Shown: piece after piece, positions 13,631 through 26,745 of the stretch
How the letters are laid out: each line of letters opens with the position of its first letter
How positions within the stretch are numbered: position 1 is the stretch's first letter
NCBI GenBank assembly: GCA_030770535.1
Contig: JASVEC010000012.1
Span: 496,001-560,000 of the forward strand
DNA: 64,000 bases
Direction of reading: 5' to 3'
Source of the DNA: Batkoa obscura
Taxonomy: Eukaryota
Translations under genes and position numbers: made by a program
The notes under the pieces: model-generated
What the model saw: the letters and a program-made list of their open reading frames with translations, nothing else
Told to the model about the DNA's origin: nothing
Databases searched by the model: none

Positions 13631-14736
13631 ATGAGCAGACCCGAACATCAAGGCCCACCGGAGCATGTAAGGCTAGCCAACCTTTATAAAACCCCAAAAA
13701 ACTAATCTCTATTAAAAAGGTATACAATGAATTAGAAGCTAGCAAATACACTGCAAAGTAATTGATCCTCAATTTTAAAAAGTAAACAACTAATAATAAA
13801 TCCCATAAAATAGTACTCGTATAGCTGAGATTCAAGCCGAGATGGCATTACGAGCTTTAGAGTTATTAAACTTACCCGAAGAACAACCTAGTTATTTACT
13901 CGATATTGGTTGTGGTTCTGGTTTATCGGGTGAAATTTTAGAAGAAGAAGGTCATTTTTGGGTTGGTTTTGATATCTCGCCTTCTATGTTAAGTAAGCAT
14001 TGATTTCCTACCTTGGTTATTTGAAACTAATTTTCAAAAAAAACAGGCGTTGCTGTAGAACGTGAAGTAGAAGGTGATTTATTTTTACAAGATGCTGGAC
14101 AAGGTTTAAGTTTTAGACCTGGTACTTTTGATGGTGCTATTAGGTAAAAACATCTTTATTTTGTCTAATTAAAAATGTAGTAATGACCTTCCTTTAAGTA
14201 TTTCAGTGCTTCAATGGTTATGTAATGCGGATAAAAACACTCATGTCCCATGGAAACGATTAAATCATTTTTTTACTACTTTATTTATGTGTTTAAAAAA
14301 AGGGGCTAGAGCAGTTTTTCAATTTTATCCTGAAAATGATGAACAATTACAAATGATAATGAGTGCAGCAATGAAATGTGGTTTTACTGGTGGTTTAGTT
14401 ATTGATTATCCCAATAGTAGAAAAGCTAGAAAACATTACCTTTGTTTATTTGCAGGACAATCGAATGATCCTTTACCTCAAGCTAAAGGTATGGAACAAA
14501 GTGAATTGGAGGTTGGCTATTCTAAGAAGAGGTAAAGAAATAGTGTAATTTAGTAGTTTTATAGTGTTAAATGTGTTTTTTTATTTAGAATTAAGAACCA
14601 TAGAAAGAGTAAACTTGAAGCTAAAATTAAAGGGAAAGATTGGATTATGAAAAAGAAAGAATCAGCAAGAGCTAAAGGGGCCAAGGTAGCCAAAGACTCC
14701 AAATATACAGGGAGAAAACGTAGACCCAAGTTTTAA
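13631..14736 (+). CDS. BUD23: 18S rRNA m7G methyltransferase Bud23/WBSCR22 (multi-exon)
   Basis: [71 protein letters not shown]. Confidence 0.97.
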
Positions 14737-15141
14737 ATGGATTGTGTTCGTATAGATGTTGATAGACTATTTTTATTTTTTTTTTGATTAAATTTTATAA
14801 TTATTTACAATATAGTTCTTAACTTTTTTATGGGTATTTCATGGGTTTTTGTAAGTTATTTTATGTTTAGGGCTTATTATTAGAATAAAGGTTTATTTTT
14901 TATACAATTACGGTTTTGATGTATGATATGTTATTAATATTTTAATTCTTTTTTTATTATATTTAGTTTAATTTCTTACATATCATGAATTTATATTCAT
15001 ATGATCAATCTAACATAATCAAACAAAATTGGCATAATTTCTTGGTTATAAGGAATAAAAAGGATCAAAATGACGTCAATTATTTTTCAAAAGTGTTAAA
15101 AAGTTCTCAGTCAACACAGTCACTCTTTTTTTATTAAAAAA

Positions 15142-15823
15142 ATGCCAGGTAAATTCAATAACTAATAAGCATAAAACTATTGTTTAGTAACTTAGAATCC
15201 TTAGACTCAAGTACCGTTGTACCAAGTGAAAAACTTAATCATTTAATCAACAACCGTCCAAAACCGGAAGAATTAGTTGATAAAAATATTTTAAAAGGTA
15301 AATTAAGAATTTCAATTAAATAATAAATTATCTTTAAGCTAATGCTAATTTATCGAATAGACTCCAGTTTAGCCCCTAGTTTACAAGCAGCTAAACATGA
15401 ATTAGCTAAACACCAATTGGCTGATAAATTAGAACATAAGATTCATGCTCGTCCTGACAAGGAAGATCTTATCAATCATAACATTTTAAAGGACACTACT
15501 GTAGCACCTAGTTTACAAGGTGCTCAAAAGGAGTTAGAAAAACATCGATTAGTAGATAAATTGGAGCATAAGATTCATGCTAGACCAGATAAAGAAGATC
15601 TTATTAATCATAATATTTTAAAAGGTAATCAAAAGATTATGATTCTAAATTACTGATTGTTGAACTTGACTTTTTTTTAGAAAGTAATATTGATCCTTCT
15701 TTATTGAGTAAAAAAATGGAGTTGGAGCGTCATCAATTAGAAAATCAATTGGATAAGAAGATCTCAAGTCGACCAGATCAACAAGAAATTGAACGTAAGT
15801 TTTTAAATGAAGAACAAGCGTAA
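15142..15823 (+). CDS. Fungal RPEL-repeat protein (4 exons)
   Basis: Repeated RPxxEELVxxNILK units separated by APSLQ linkers; ATG 15142, TAA 15821-15823. Confidence 0.88.
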
Positions 15824-16852
15824 TTAAATAAGGTCTTTTTCTTTTTTCTATTTTCTATCACCAGTATAGCATTTTAGCATACTTTTCTACTATTATTTTT
15901 ATTTTAATAAATAAATGAAGATGTAAATTTGTAATATCATCGCTTTTATTGTTTATTATATATTTATTGTACTTTATATGTTTATGAAATGTTTGTAAAT
16001 AATACAAGGATAATCGTAGGATTCAATATTAAATTATACTCCATCCCTTCAATTCTTAAAATGAGTAAAATAAAAATTTATAACTCATTTACAAAAACAT
16101 TGCCCAATTTAATAAAAGAGTAAGTGTGTGGGCAATTAAGTTTTAAATTTTGAAACCAAATAAGAAGGTCATTAATTCCTATCAATGATCAAATTCAGGG
16201 TTGTTTTAATAATTAGCATTTATTTTTCAAGCATTAAATTTATCAAGTTGTTTATTAGCATATTTATTTTTAAAACTGGAAATAAAAATTATACAAATTA
16301 AGTGAAATAAAATTTTATTTGTTTTTTTGAAGTGTTTTACTACTACTCAAATCTATTCTAAGTAATAAATTTATATTTCATTCCGATTTAATATTTGGTA
16401 ATCATTAATTAATATTTCTTTTATTTATTAATTCATCTTTCAAAATAGGTCATTATAACACAATTGTAACTCCAAAGGAGATCGTGAGTTCTCAACAATT
16501 CTTGAGGAGATTAATCAAATTAGTTTCTTTTCTTATCGTACTTGTTTTAGCATCAGGACTTATCAACTCCAATTTAATTACTATTACTGCCCGTCTATCT
16601 TTTATTTTATTTTTCTATATAACTTATACAATCACCGTATTAACCAAAGACAACTCCAAACCAAAGACAGCTTCCAAACCAATAAATAAACGATTTAAAA
16701 CAATATCAAGCAATATAAAAATTGTACCAAATTCAATTTCACCCAAATCAACTAGTAATTTACTATCGCCTTTATTAACACCGACTATTAAAATTTCTTT
16801 ATCTTTATCTCAACCCTCTTCCCCAATATTAAATAATCAATTATTATCGCCT

Positions 16853-18013
16853 ATGATGATCCGTACTCATTCTCAACCAAGTCAATATTCACCATTTAAT
16901 ACGGCTAGGATACCAACTACATCAATAGATAATTTAGAAAATAATAACATATCATCAACAAATCGAACAGAAACAACAAGCAAAACAAACATTATAAAAA
17001 ACAATGAAAACGTTGATTTACTCCCAGTAAAAAATAGTAGTTCATTAGCTATTTTACCTATTTTGCTCGCACTATTACCTCCATTATTAGCTTTCTTTCT
17101 GGGTATGGAAGATTTATGGAGTGATTTGTTTTTGTTGATTTTAGTTATATTTTATTTATACAATTTGATTCAATTACCTTGGGATTTTTATTTAGCTGCA
17201 CGTAAAAAAAGATTTATAAATCCAATCGATTTAACAATGTATAATCAAAATGAAAACTTACCAGCAGATGCCAGTAGTGAAGCATTACGTTACCAAGCTC
17301 AATATCGATTATGGTGGTATGAAAAAATAAGTTTTTTAATGGTAATAATTAGTCCCATCCTTGGAGGTTATATATTTTTAATAACTCGTTCCCAATTAAC
17401 TAATTTGGATACTTTTGTATCGGATTTTAATTTACTATTATTTATATTAGCTGCCGAAGTAAGACCAATGGTTCATTTGGGTCAATTATTGACTAATAGT
17501 GCTAATGAGTTACAACAAGTGGTCAGTCATCAAACAGCTGCTTTACAAAGTATGCAATTTCGATTACAAGGACTTGAAAATCAAATGGATCAATTACGTC
17601 AAGCTTTTGCAACAAAACAAGATATCTCGAAAGTTAAAAATCAATTTGAACCACCTTTGAATCAATTATCTCAATTAGTCATGCGTCAATATCAAAAAGA
17701 AAAATTAGAAATTAAAAGATTTGAACAAAGTATTACTGTTATTCAAAGACAAATTCAACAACTTCAAACAGAGCTTAATTTGGAAGATTTTGATCATGAA
17801 AATTCTAATGATAATAATGGCATTGAGGTAGCTTCTTGGTTGTTTCAAAAGGATGGGCCGCTGCTACCGGAGCTTCCTATTAGAATCACTGCTCTACCTT
17901 CATTTACCCTTAAATTGTTTATACTTCCTATTACTCTATCCGCTTCCCTAGTCCATTTTATTTCAAGACATATAATTCCTAATCGTAGCCCAGCATTGAT
18001 TACACAGAATTAA
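16853..18013 (+). CDS. Conserved fungal membrane protein of unknown function (several TM helices, C-terminal coiled coil); true start may be upstream
   Basis: First ATG at 16853; motifs LPWDFYLAAR and NLLLFILAAEVRP recall an uncharacterised fungal family; the frame is open from 16409. Confidence 0.85.
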   Translation: MMIRTHSQPSQYSPFNTARIPTTSIDNLENNNISSTNRTETTSKTNIIKNNENVDLLPVKNSSSLAILPILLALLPPLLAFFLGMEDLWSDLFLLILVIFYLYNLIQLPWDFYLAARKKRFINPIDLTMYNQNENLPADASSEALRYQAQYRLWWYEKISFLMVIISPILGGYIFLITRSQLTNLDTFVSDFNLLLFILAAEVRPMVHLGQLLTNSANELQQVVSHQTAALQSMQFRLQGLENQMDQLRQAFATKQDISKVKNQFEPPLNQLSQLVMRQYQKEKLEIKRFEQSITVIQRQIQQLQTELNLEDFDHENSNDNNGIEVASWLFQKDGPLLPELPIRITALPSFTLKLFILPITLSASLVHFISRHIIPNRSPALITQN

Positions 18014-18243
18014 ATTTTTATTCTTATTTTTATTTTTTATTAAAAGAATTATTCTTATTTTTATATTGAATTTTTCACTGTTTTATTATTTTTATAATTT
18101 CAAAAGTTTCAAACTATTCCCCATTCATTGAACTTTGGGACCAATTTTAAGTTTTATTGGTCTGATTTTTTTAATAAAAAAATTTCGAAATAAAAGGAAA
18201 AGGATTGCTTTTTAAAAGATTTAAAAATTATCAAAAGTTAAAA

Positions 18244-20499
18244 ATGGCAAATAAATTAAATACAAAAAGTAGTAAGATTTCATTTAAACGCATGATACTT
18301 AATAACAATATCTAACCTTCACACATAGACAGTAAACGTAAAAATAATTCCGTTGCTGATTCACCGCCTAAAAAGTTATCTAAACCAGTCACTCAAACTG
18401 AAGAAGAAGAAGAAGCTTCTAGTGTAGAAGATTTTGAAAATTTTGATGAAGAAAACTATGAAGAAGAAGTAGGTGAAAACTTTGATTCTAATTTAGAAGG
18501 TAATAATGAAGAAGGTATCAATGAAGAGTTTAAAAATCAAAATAAACAAAGTAAGTTATTAGTAGCTATAAAATTAGATGAAATGAAGAACTAATAATGA
18601 TGTTTTTTTAAATAATAGGTTCCAAAGAATCTCATCAAGCTACCAAAGCCTTACGTTTAGAACGTAAAGCCAATAAACCACATGCTGAACTTTTATCTCA
18701 CTGTAAAAAGATATGGGAAAAGATGAGAAATAGTAAAGTACCAAGAAAAAGCTTAGAATGTCATGTAACAGATATGATTGATTTGTTAAAAGGAAAAGTA
18801 GTTGAAGTAAGTATTTGATTGTTTCTTTTTTGATTGAATGAAGATATTGATGATAAATCGATTTTTAGTTATCCTTAAAACATGATGCTTCTAGAATTGT
18901 TCAAACTTGTTTAAAATATGGTAGTCAGCAACATAGAGCTGTTATTGCCGAAGAGTTGAAAGGCCATTATTTGGAATTAGCTAAAGCTAAATATGGACAT
19001 TTTATCGTATTGAAAATTTTAAAATATTGGTAATTTTAATTAAGCTTAATCTAAAGTTTTTGTTTTTAGTAACATTTTTTTAGTAAGGAACAAAGAGGTT
19101 CTATCATCTCTGAATTTTATGGTAATGTTCAAAGACTTATTACTCAAAAAGTAAGTTTGTTATAAGTTTTTATAATGATTCTTTAATGTTTAATATTAAA
19201 TTAATTAGGATGGTTCAAGTGTAATTGAAGAAGCATATGCGATTTATGCTAATCCAGAACAAAAAACGAATTTATTACAAGAATTTTTTGGCCCTGAATT
19301 TGTTGTTTTTAAAGTAAATTTAGAATTTATATTTAATATTAATAATTTGATTTAATTTTAATATTATTTTAGAATAATGCAAGTCAATATACTACCCTTG
19401 AATTATTATTAAAATCCAATGAAACTAAAAGAGAATCTATATTACAATCATTATATGATTCTTTGGTTAAAATTTTAAATAAAGGAATTATTAATCATTC
19501 TATTATTCATCATGCTCTTATTGAGTATCTTGATAATGCTAATCCAGCTCAAATTCAGGTAAATAAAAATAATTATATAAAATATTAAAAATATTAATAT
19601 AAAACAAATAGGAAATGATTGGTTTACTTAAAGAACATGTAGTTGAAATACTTCATACTAAAGATGGCTCTAAAGTAGCCATGAAATGTTTACTTTATGG
19701 AAATGTTAAAGATCGTAAAGTAATAGTGAAATCATTTAAACCTTTTGTTGAAAAGATAGCTAAAGAAGAATATGGACATTTAGTATTATTACAATTATTT
19801 GATGTAGTAGACGATACTGTATTAGTAGATAAAAACATTATAGTTGAATTAATTAAGAATGCTAACAATTTATTGGAAGACAAATTTGGTAGACGTGCAA
19901 TTGCTTATCTTTTAGTTGGTAGATCATTTAGATATATATCGAAACCATCCGTTGATTTATTAGCTTCTCATGATGAAATAAGAACTCAATTTTCTAAAAA
20001 AGAATCAAGTGCACGTGCCAATGAATTGAATGTAGCTGTATCAAAAGGATTAATTGAGTATTTTGAAATTCATGTTGGTGATATATTAATTCAACCCAAA
20101 CCAAGTCAAATATTAGAAGATACTATTATCCATGGACAAGGAGATAAATCCAAATTAATACAAAAGATATGTCAATTAATTAAAGAGGATTATCAAGTGG
20201 ATGGAACTACTTTATTAGAACATATCAATTCAAGTCGAGTTATTAAAAAACTAATTAAATTTGAAGATGAAGAAAGTAAAGCTCATCCATATGCTAAACC
20301 TTTCTTTGAAGCTTTAAGTAAAGAAAAATTAGTTCAATTTTGTAAGAATAGAGGCAGTTTTATTATATTATCACTTTTAGAATCCCCAGATACTGAAAAA
20401 CAAGTGAAAGCGATATTAAAATCACATAAAAAAGAAATTGTTGAGATCCAAAACACGGGTAACCATGGCGCTGATTTAATTATTCAAAAATTAAATTGA
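18244..20499 (+). CDS. PUF6: Puf6/PUM3-type nucleolar Pumilio-repeat protein (multi-exon)
   Basis: Acidic N-terminus, ERKANKPHAE, KHDASRIVQTCLKYGS, EILHTKDGSKVAM, KDRKVIVKSFK, EEYGHLVLLQLFDVVDDTVLV. Confidence 0.93.
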
Positions 20500-20916
20500 A
20501 GTGGGGGAATAGAGTAATTAAGTTTTTATAAACTTAATTCTATTTTTATAGAGTTTTTATAATTATAATAAAGATTTGAAAATATTATTTGAGTTGTTTA
20601 TTGCTTTATATCTTTTTTTTAAAATAGATTTAAATTTAATTAATAAAATTCCATTATAACCAGAATAATAATGAATAATAAGTAAAATTTTATCTTGATT
20701 CATAGCTAATAGATTTTTGTTTTAGTAGTTTAAATATAAAATAAATTTGATAAATTTAATTATTGCATTAGATTTATTATATAAAAACTAAAATTATTTA
20801 TTATAATAATATTGTTCATTAATGAAATATAAAATATTAAAAATAGTGACTATTTGATTTATTTTACAATTAAAAGCTATAATAATACTGGCTTATTAAA
20901 ACTTATTTTTACATAT

Positions 20917-21013
20917 GGGGATGTATTTTTGTATTTAAGAATTTTACTAACAATTTTTCCATTCAAATAGCGCTTAAAAGATGGAAAAAGTGATGAAGCC
21001 AAAAAACACCCCC
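20917..21013 (+). mobile_element. MITE copy B (left arm of inverted pair)
   Basis: GGGGATGTATTTTTG...CCAAAAAACACCCCC; flanks ATAT/ATTT. Confidence 0.9.
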
Positions 21014-21178
21014 ATTTAATAAACCATTTGCTTGCTTAATGAATATTAAAAGTTTTAAATTTTCAGTTATTTTTGCAAAATAAATTAAAGTTGATTTTTT
21101 AATTTTTCATGAACTTTATAGCTTTAGTTGTAATTCTATTAGATGTTTTTTGATTTATGAGATATTAGATAATAATAT

Positions 21179-21277
21179 GGTGATGTTTTTTTGACTTTAT
21201 CACTTTTTCCATCTTTTAAGCGCTATTTGAATGGAAAAATTGTTAGTAAAATTCTTAAATACAAAAATACATCCCCC
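21179..21277 (-). mobile_element. MITE copy C (right arm of inverted pair)
   Basis: Reverse complement of the family; flanked by ATAT on both sides. Confidence 0.9.
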
Positions 21278-21680
21278 ATATATTATGTCAATTTTAATAA
21301 AAAAAATAAAACTATAAATATTAAATTTATGTTTAAATAATTTTATAAAACCACATTAATTTATTTTTGATCATTTTTACATGTTATATGTATATAAATT
21401 ATTAAATTTATTTAATTATCAAATTAAAATAAAAAGTTACTTAATTTACCATATTTAAAGTTCAATCTACTTTTGTCAGGATTTTATGAAAAAACAGCCA
21501 TCCAGGTGTACCTGTGCTAAGATTTAAAGTCCTTATATAGACTATAAAATGTATTTTAAATATATCTTTTATAGTTTATCTAGTGAAACTAATCTTTAAA
21601 AAACCTCTCTTTTATTTTGCTCAATTTTTATCTTGTGCTCATAACCCTGTGTTTTACAACGTAGTATCTTTAAGCTATAT

Positions 21681-22070
21681 TGTTAAGACCCCATTTGATC
21701 ATTTTATAATTTAATAATTTAATAAAATAAAATAATCATTTACTATTTAATTAAAGCTATAAAATTCTTGAAAATTGGTTTATTTTATGTAATTAAATTA
21801 CTTAAACCAACTCTTACAATGCCTGGAGTTTCCGACGAGCCTCTGCCTTCTGTTAAGAGTTTTATTAGTTCTATCCCCACTCTTTTACCCTGTGTTTTAG
21901 TCTGGTCTCGACTCTCTGTTTCCTCTCTGGATACCTTTTGCTCCAAAATCCACTTGTTTTTATAAAATATATATTATTTACCTTCTTGGGTTTCAGTAAC
22001 CTTGCCCTATGTGAACAAAGCAAGTGGCTTCCGATACCTATTAGCAGTGGTTAGGTAGCTGAGGTTGACA
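21681..22070. mobile_element. Possible solo LTR (390 bp)
   Basis: TGTTAA...TTGACA termini, GC-richer interior, TATA-like tract near 21960; no clean target duplication. Confidence 0.3.
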
Positions 22071-22859
22071 CTGTAGCCTTATTTGATTTTATTTGATTAA
22101 CTCATCAAATATAATTTCAAATATACAAAACGGAGTAGAGACTACTTCCTATAAAATAAATTGTACTTTTGGGAGGGATTTAACAACTCATTAATTAGTA
22201 CAATTTAAAGAGTTACTTGCTTTATATGGCAAGTTATAAAAATCAAGGGCTTTAGTTTTATATCATTGTACTGCTTGTTCTAAATGATTGATTTATCCTG
22301 ATTTATTCATATTCTTTTACTAAATTCATTTAAATAAAAGCAAGGACTTTATTATAAATATGGTAATTTTAATATTTAATATTTAATAACTAAGCTTATT
22401 TATGTTTTGTATTATAGAAGTTACAAAGTCATTAATCTATCTTTTAACATAAACTTATCAATAAACAATGAAAGAAACTGACAAACCTACAAATATAAGA
22501 CTGATTAAACAAAAATTAACGATATTTCATCATCTGAAGTTTCCGATTTATTACTTGAAATTAATAGAAGTAGAACAGTAGCCAATGTAATAAAAGCAGT
22601 GAATAATACAAAATAAGTATTGAACATTCTATTTAAATGAAACAATAAATGAACATAATTAATTTTAAGTTTTATTTAATTAAAACAAATAATTATCATC
22701 GAATTTAAACAGGTGAAAATTTAGAAGTAAAAGATAAGGTTTGATATTTTTAGTAATGATTTCTTAGCTAGGAGATAGTGGGATAATAGACCTATAATAT
22801 AAACTCAAAAGGAGTGGAATAAAATGAAAATAAAAATCCTACAAATTCTATAACTAATA

Positions 22860-23400
22860 AAAATAAGTATAAATGGATAAAAAATGCTCGCCCTAGCTAA
22901 TGATGCTAAAAGTAATGTTTAAAAAGCGGGAAGAAACAAACTTATTAAACTTTTAAATGCTATCCTTTAATAATTAGGAAATAAAAGATGCTATGGAGCT
23001 TATCAATACGCTTATTAACAATATTGAATCTACTTTAAGGATGATTTTATTGAGTTCATTCTTAAGGTTGATTATAATATTAAGTACAAAAATCTACTTG
23101 TGTTTGGTTTATAGATCCGCTTCTTTTGTGATGAAGAAGTTATTTCAAAAGGATGGAAAGAAAAACTAAGTTATAAAAAATTGAACAACCCTATCATAGA
23201 TTGTCCTATTGATGTCCATTATGGTATGACTGTATTTAGTGCATAGACAGCTATATTTGCCATTAAAAAAATGAAATCAGAATTGATCCGATTGTTTTAT
23301 CAGAAGGAGATATAAATATATATACTGTAGAAAATTAGAATACAAGCATCTGATTAAACAATGGTGTTTATCATATTTTTTATTATATCAGAGAGGAATA
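22860..23400 (+). pseudogene. Possible degraded coding relic, family unknown
   Basis: About 94 codons (23030-23310) with only two TAG stops (KDDFIEFILKVDY...GWKEKL...DCPIDVHYGMTVF). Confidence 0.3.
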
Positions 23401-23647
23401 TGGTTTACTTTAACCCTTTCCGAACTTTTCATTTAGACAAAGAAACATCGGGAAGCTTGCTTTTTTGTATTTAAATAAAGCTAAATGTTCATATCCTTAA
23501 TTTCAACTTTAATGTAGGTAGCATTTTATAATTAATCAAATATGCCCAAGATTCAATCCATTTTCAAATAAAAGTGACTTTTGAATTGTAACTTCTAATT
23601 TGGGGCAAATGACTATCTAATCAGTAACGTTAGAAATTGAAGTTTTA

Positions 23648-25075
23648 ATGTTTTATTTAATTAAGAATGGATTCAAGTTAACCACATTGAATAAAAGAAT
23701 AGGTAATATAAGCATAGGCTATATAAACAGATTGCTCAACATAAAATCTAGTTTACTATACAACGACGGCCACTTCATCAATCGATATTACACTAAAACC
23801 AACTAAAAAACCAAATCCCCAATGGCCAATTCATATAATTGAAGAAAGTTGGGGAACTTCTAGAGTGGATACGTATCTTCGAAATAGATTAAACTTAGAG
23901 TTTTCATTAACTCAAAAATTACTTCGATTAAAAAAAGTAACTATCAATGGTAAAAAACAAAAGGAAGGTAGTTATAAGATTCAACCGGGAGATGAGCTGG
24001 TTATTAAAGAAAGGAATTTGTTGGATTTTATAGTGAATGAGGAAAAGAGAATGGGTGGGCGGAAAGATAAGGATGATGGTCCTTTGCCTTTTGATATTAT
24101 ATTTCAGAACGAACATTTAATATTAATAAATAAACCTAAGGGGTTGGCAGTACAGGGTAATTCGAATAAATCAATTTAAAATTTAACTAATCTATTTTAT
24201 TTTAGGCGGAAGTAAATTAATGGACCATATCGGAAATTATTTTGAGAGTAAATGAGACACTTAAACATCATTACAAAGCTAATTAAAATTAAAGAAATAA
24301 AGGGTAATTCTATTGATAAGCCAAGGATAGTTCATCGATTGGATAAAGTAAGTTTATATTTTTAATATAACAAAGTAGCATCTTTACATCAATAGGAAGT
24401 TACAGGGGCTTTAATATTAGCAAAAACACATAAATCTTCAGTAATATTAAGTGATTTATTTCATGGAAATAAAAGCTTAGTAGAAGCAGCTGATAGTAAA
24501 TTGATCAAATATTATTTAGCTATTATACATCACCAACCGAAATCAATATCAGGGTTTATAACAGATCCTATTTATTATAATAATGATGGAACAGTAAGTA
24601 TCTGGAAGAATAATAATAGTAATTTGAAAGTAGAAAAAAAAGAAAGTATTACAGAATATAAAGTATTACAAACAAATGAAAAATACAGTTTATTAGCATT
24701 AAAATTATTAACCGGTAGAAAGCATCAATTAAGATTACATTTAGCTCATAGTTTAAATACACCAATATTAGGCGACAAAAAATATAGTAATAATACAACT
24801 AATGGACCATTGATGTTGCATTGTTTAGGTATGGATTTGATGGTAAGTAAATAATTTCTATTTTATTGGCAAGTAACAATTTTATTTTATAGAATAAAGA
24901 ATTAATTAATGACGAGGATTTTAAAAATTATCAAACTATTTTTAATAACCAGATGTATGGTAATATAGTTGAAGAGTATATTAATAGTTTACCAAACAAT
25001 GGCTTAAAATTGTTTGTTCCTCCACCATCTCATTTTATGAAGCTCTTGAAAAAACATGGGACAATAGTTACTTGA
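23648..25075 (+). CDS. RluA/RluC-family pseudouridine synthase with S4-like domain, probably mitochondrial (multi-exon)
   Basis: LINKPKGLAVQG, catalytic VHRLDK/EVTG split by an intron, KYYLAII, LLTGRKHQLRLHLA, PILGDKKY; basic presequence-like N-terminus. Confidence 0.92.
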
Positions 25076-25195
25076 GTTCGTTTTAATATAGTTATAAAAA
25101 AACATAAATATAAAATATAAAATATAAAATAAAAAAGTACTGAAATTAAATAAAAGCTCTATATTTTATTTTTATCTAATTATTAGTAATACTAA

Positions 25196-26371
25196 TTATT
25201 CTTCAAATACAGTTCTATTTGGATTATTTTCTGGAACTTCAACTGGAATAGATTGTTTTGATTCTTCTTGATTTTGATTTTGATTCGATTTTCTAGGTCT
25301 CTTTGAACCTCTTAAAGGATGACCAACTGGTAAATTATTACCTCTTTCAGTAGCCTCAGCAGAAGCATACATGACTTTTAAGGATCGTCCATTTAATTTT
25401 CTTTTTTGGAATGCTCTTAAAGCTTGTGTGGCGGAATTTTGCTCTTTGAAATCCACCCAAGCGTAACTAAAAAGTATTTGAATTAAATATAAAAACAAAA
25501 ACACCAAATTAAAATTAACCTACCCCTTACAACGCCCTGTATCTTCGAATGTAGAAATTCTCACTTTTTTGATTTCACCATATTTCTCAAATACTTCTTG
25601 AATATGTTCTTTAGTAGTTTCAAAACTTAAATTACCAACAAATATAGTTGGTAATACTTCGCCTTCTTTTTCAGCTTCTACGGCTTTTAAGGTAGGTGCT
25701 TTTTTGCCATTTTTAACAAAATTCTTAGCATCTTTAATTAATACATTTCTTCCAATAAGTTCTTGTTCCGATTTTTCAATTGCTTTCTTTTGACTTTCTT
25801 CTGTTTCAAAATCAACATAAGCGAACCTAGTTAAAAAACATCAAAAGATTTACAAGTATATAAAAAAAAAAACTTACCCTTTGTTTCTACTGAACGTAGC
25901 CGGAAGGTTAACCCTAGTAACTTTACCACAATCAGAAAAGAATCTTCTTAATTCTTGTTCAGTAGTAGTAAACCTTAAATTACCAACCCAAACAGAAAAT
26001 TTACTTCTATCCCCCATCTTTTCTTTTTGTTTTTCTTTTTCTTCTTTTTTCTTATCCATTTCAGTAATATCATCCACTGTTAACTTCTTTTTATTAGTTT
26101 TTGGTTCGATTACTTTAATTCCATCATCCTCTACTGCAGTGCTGGCTTTTTTGACAGGTTCGAAACCAGCTACGATATCGAGGATGTTAAAGGCATCATC
26201 ATCGTCCTCTTTTTTGCTCTTCACTTTTTCTTTTTTCTCTTTTTTCTCTTTTTTCTCTTTTTTAGCTTTTTTGGATTTTCTTTCTTCTTTGGTGGATTCG
26301 ACAGCAACCTCCTCTTGCTCTGATTGAACTTTTGGCTCTATTTGCTCGTTTTTAACTTTAGTTTCTTTCAT
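25196..26371 (-). CDS. NOP13: Nucleolar two-RRM protein Nop13 (3 exons)
   Basis: KKE-rich N-terminus; RRM1 SVWVGNLRFTTT...NKG/FAYVDF; RRM2 IFVGNLSFETT...RISTFEDTGRCKG/YAWVDF. Confidence 0.88.
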
Positions 26372-26672
26372 TTTGTTTTAAAAGAAATAAATTATTTTTT
26401 AATTTAGAATTTTGGTTCAAAGTTTTAACATTGGTTTGATTGGTTTAATTCAAATAGACTTGGGGCTATGAGTCGAATAGTTGTAAAGTTAAGAAATTAA
26501 GAAAAAATTGTTTAAAAATAAAAATTATGAGACAAGTGTCAATATTAGTATTTTTACAATATCAAAATTGAAGTTTCAATTCAGGCATTAAAACAATTAT
26601 GATTAATCAAAATAATAAAAATTTCAGATGTCATTTTATAAAAAAACCTTCGAATGTGGAGGATTTTAGTGA

Positions 26673-26745
26673 AACTCCCTGCGGGACTCGAACCCGCAAT
26701 CCTCAGATTAGAAGTCTGATGCCTTATCCATTGGGCCAAGGGAGC
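26673..26745 (-). tRNA. tRNA-Arg, anticodon TCT, intronless
   Basis: Acceptor GCTCCCT/AGGGAGT, D arm TGGCCCAATGGATAAGGC, anticodon arm TCAGA-CTTCTAA-TCTGA, T arm GCGGG-TTCGAGT-CCCGC; 73 nt. Confidence 0.97.

Noticed and set aside
8160..23400. Alternative genetic code with TAA/TAG as Gln
   Set aside because: In-frame TAA/TAG occur only in frameshifted relics; intact conserved genes end in TAA/TAG at expected positions.
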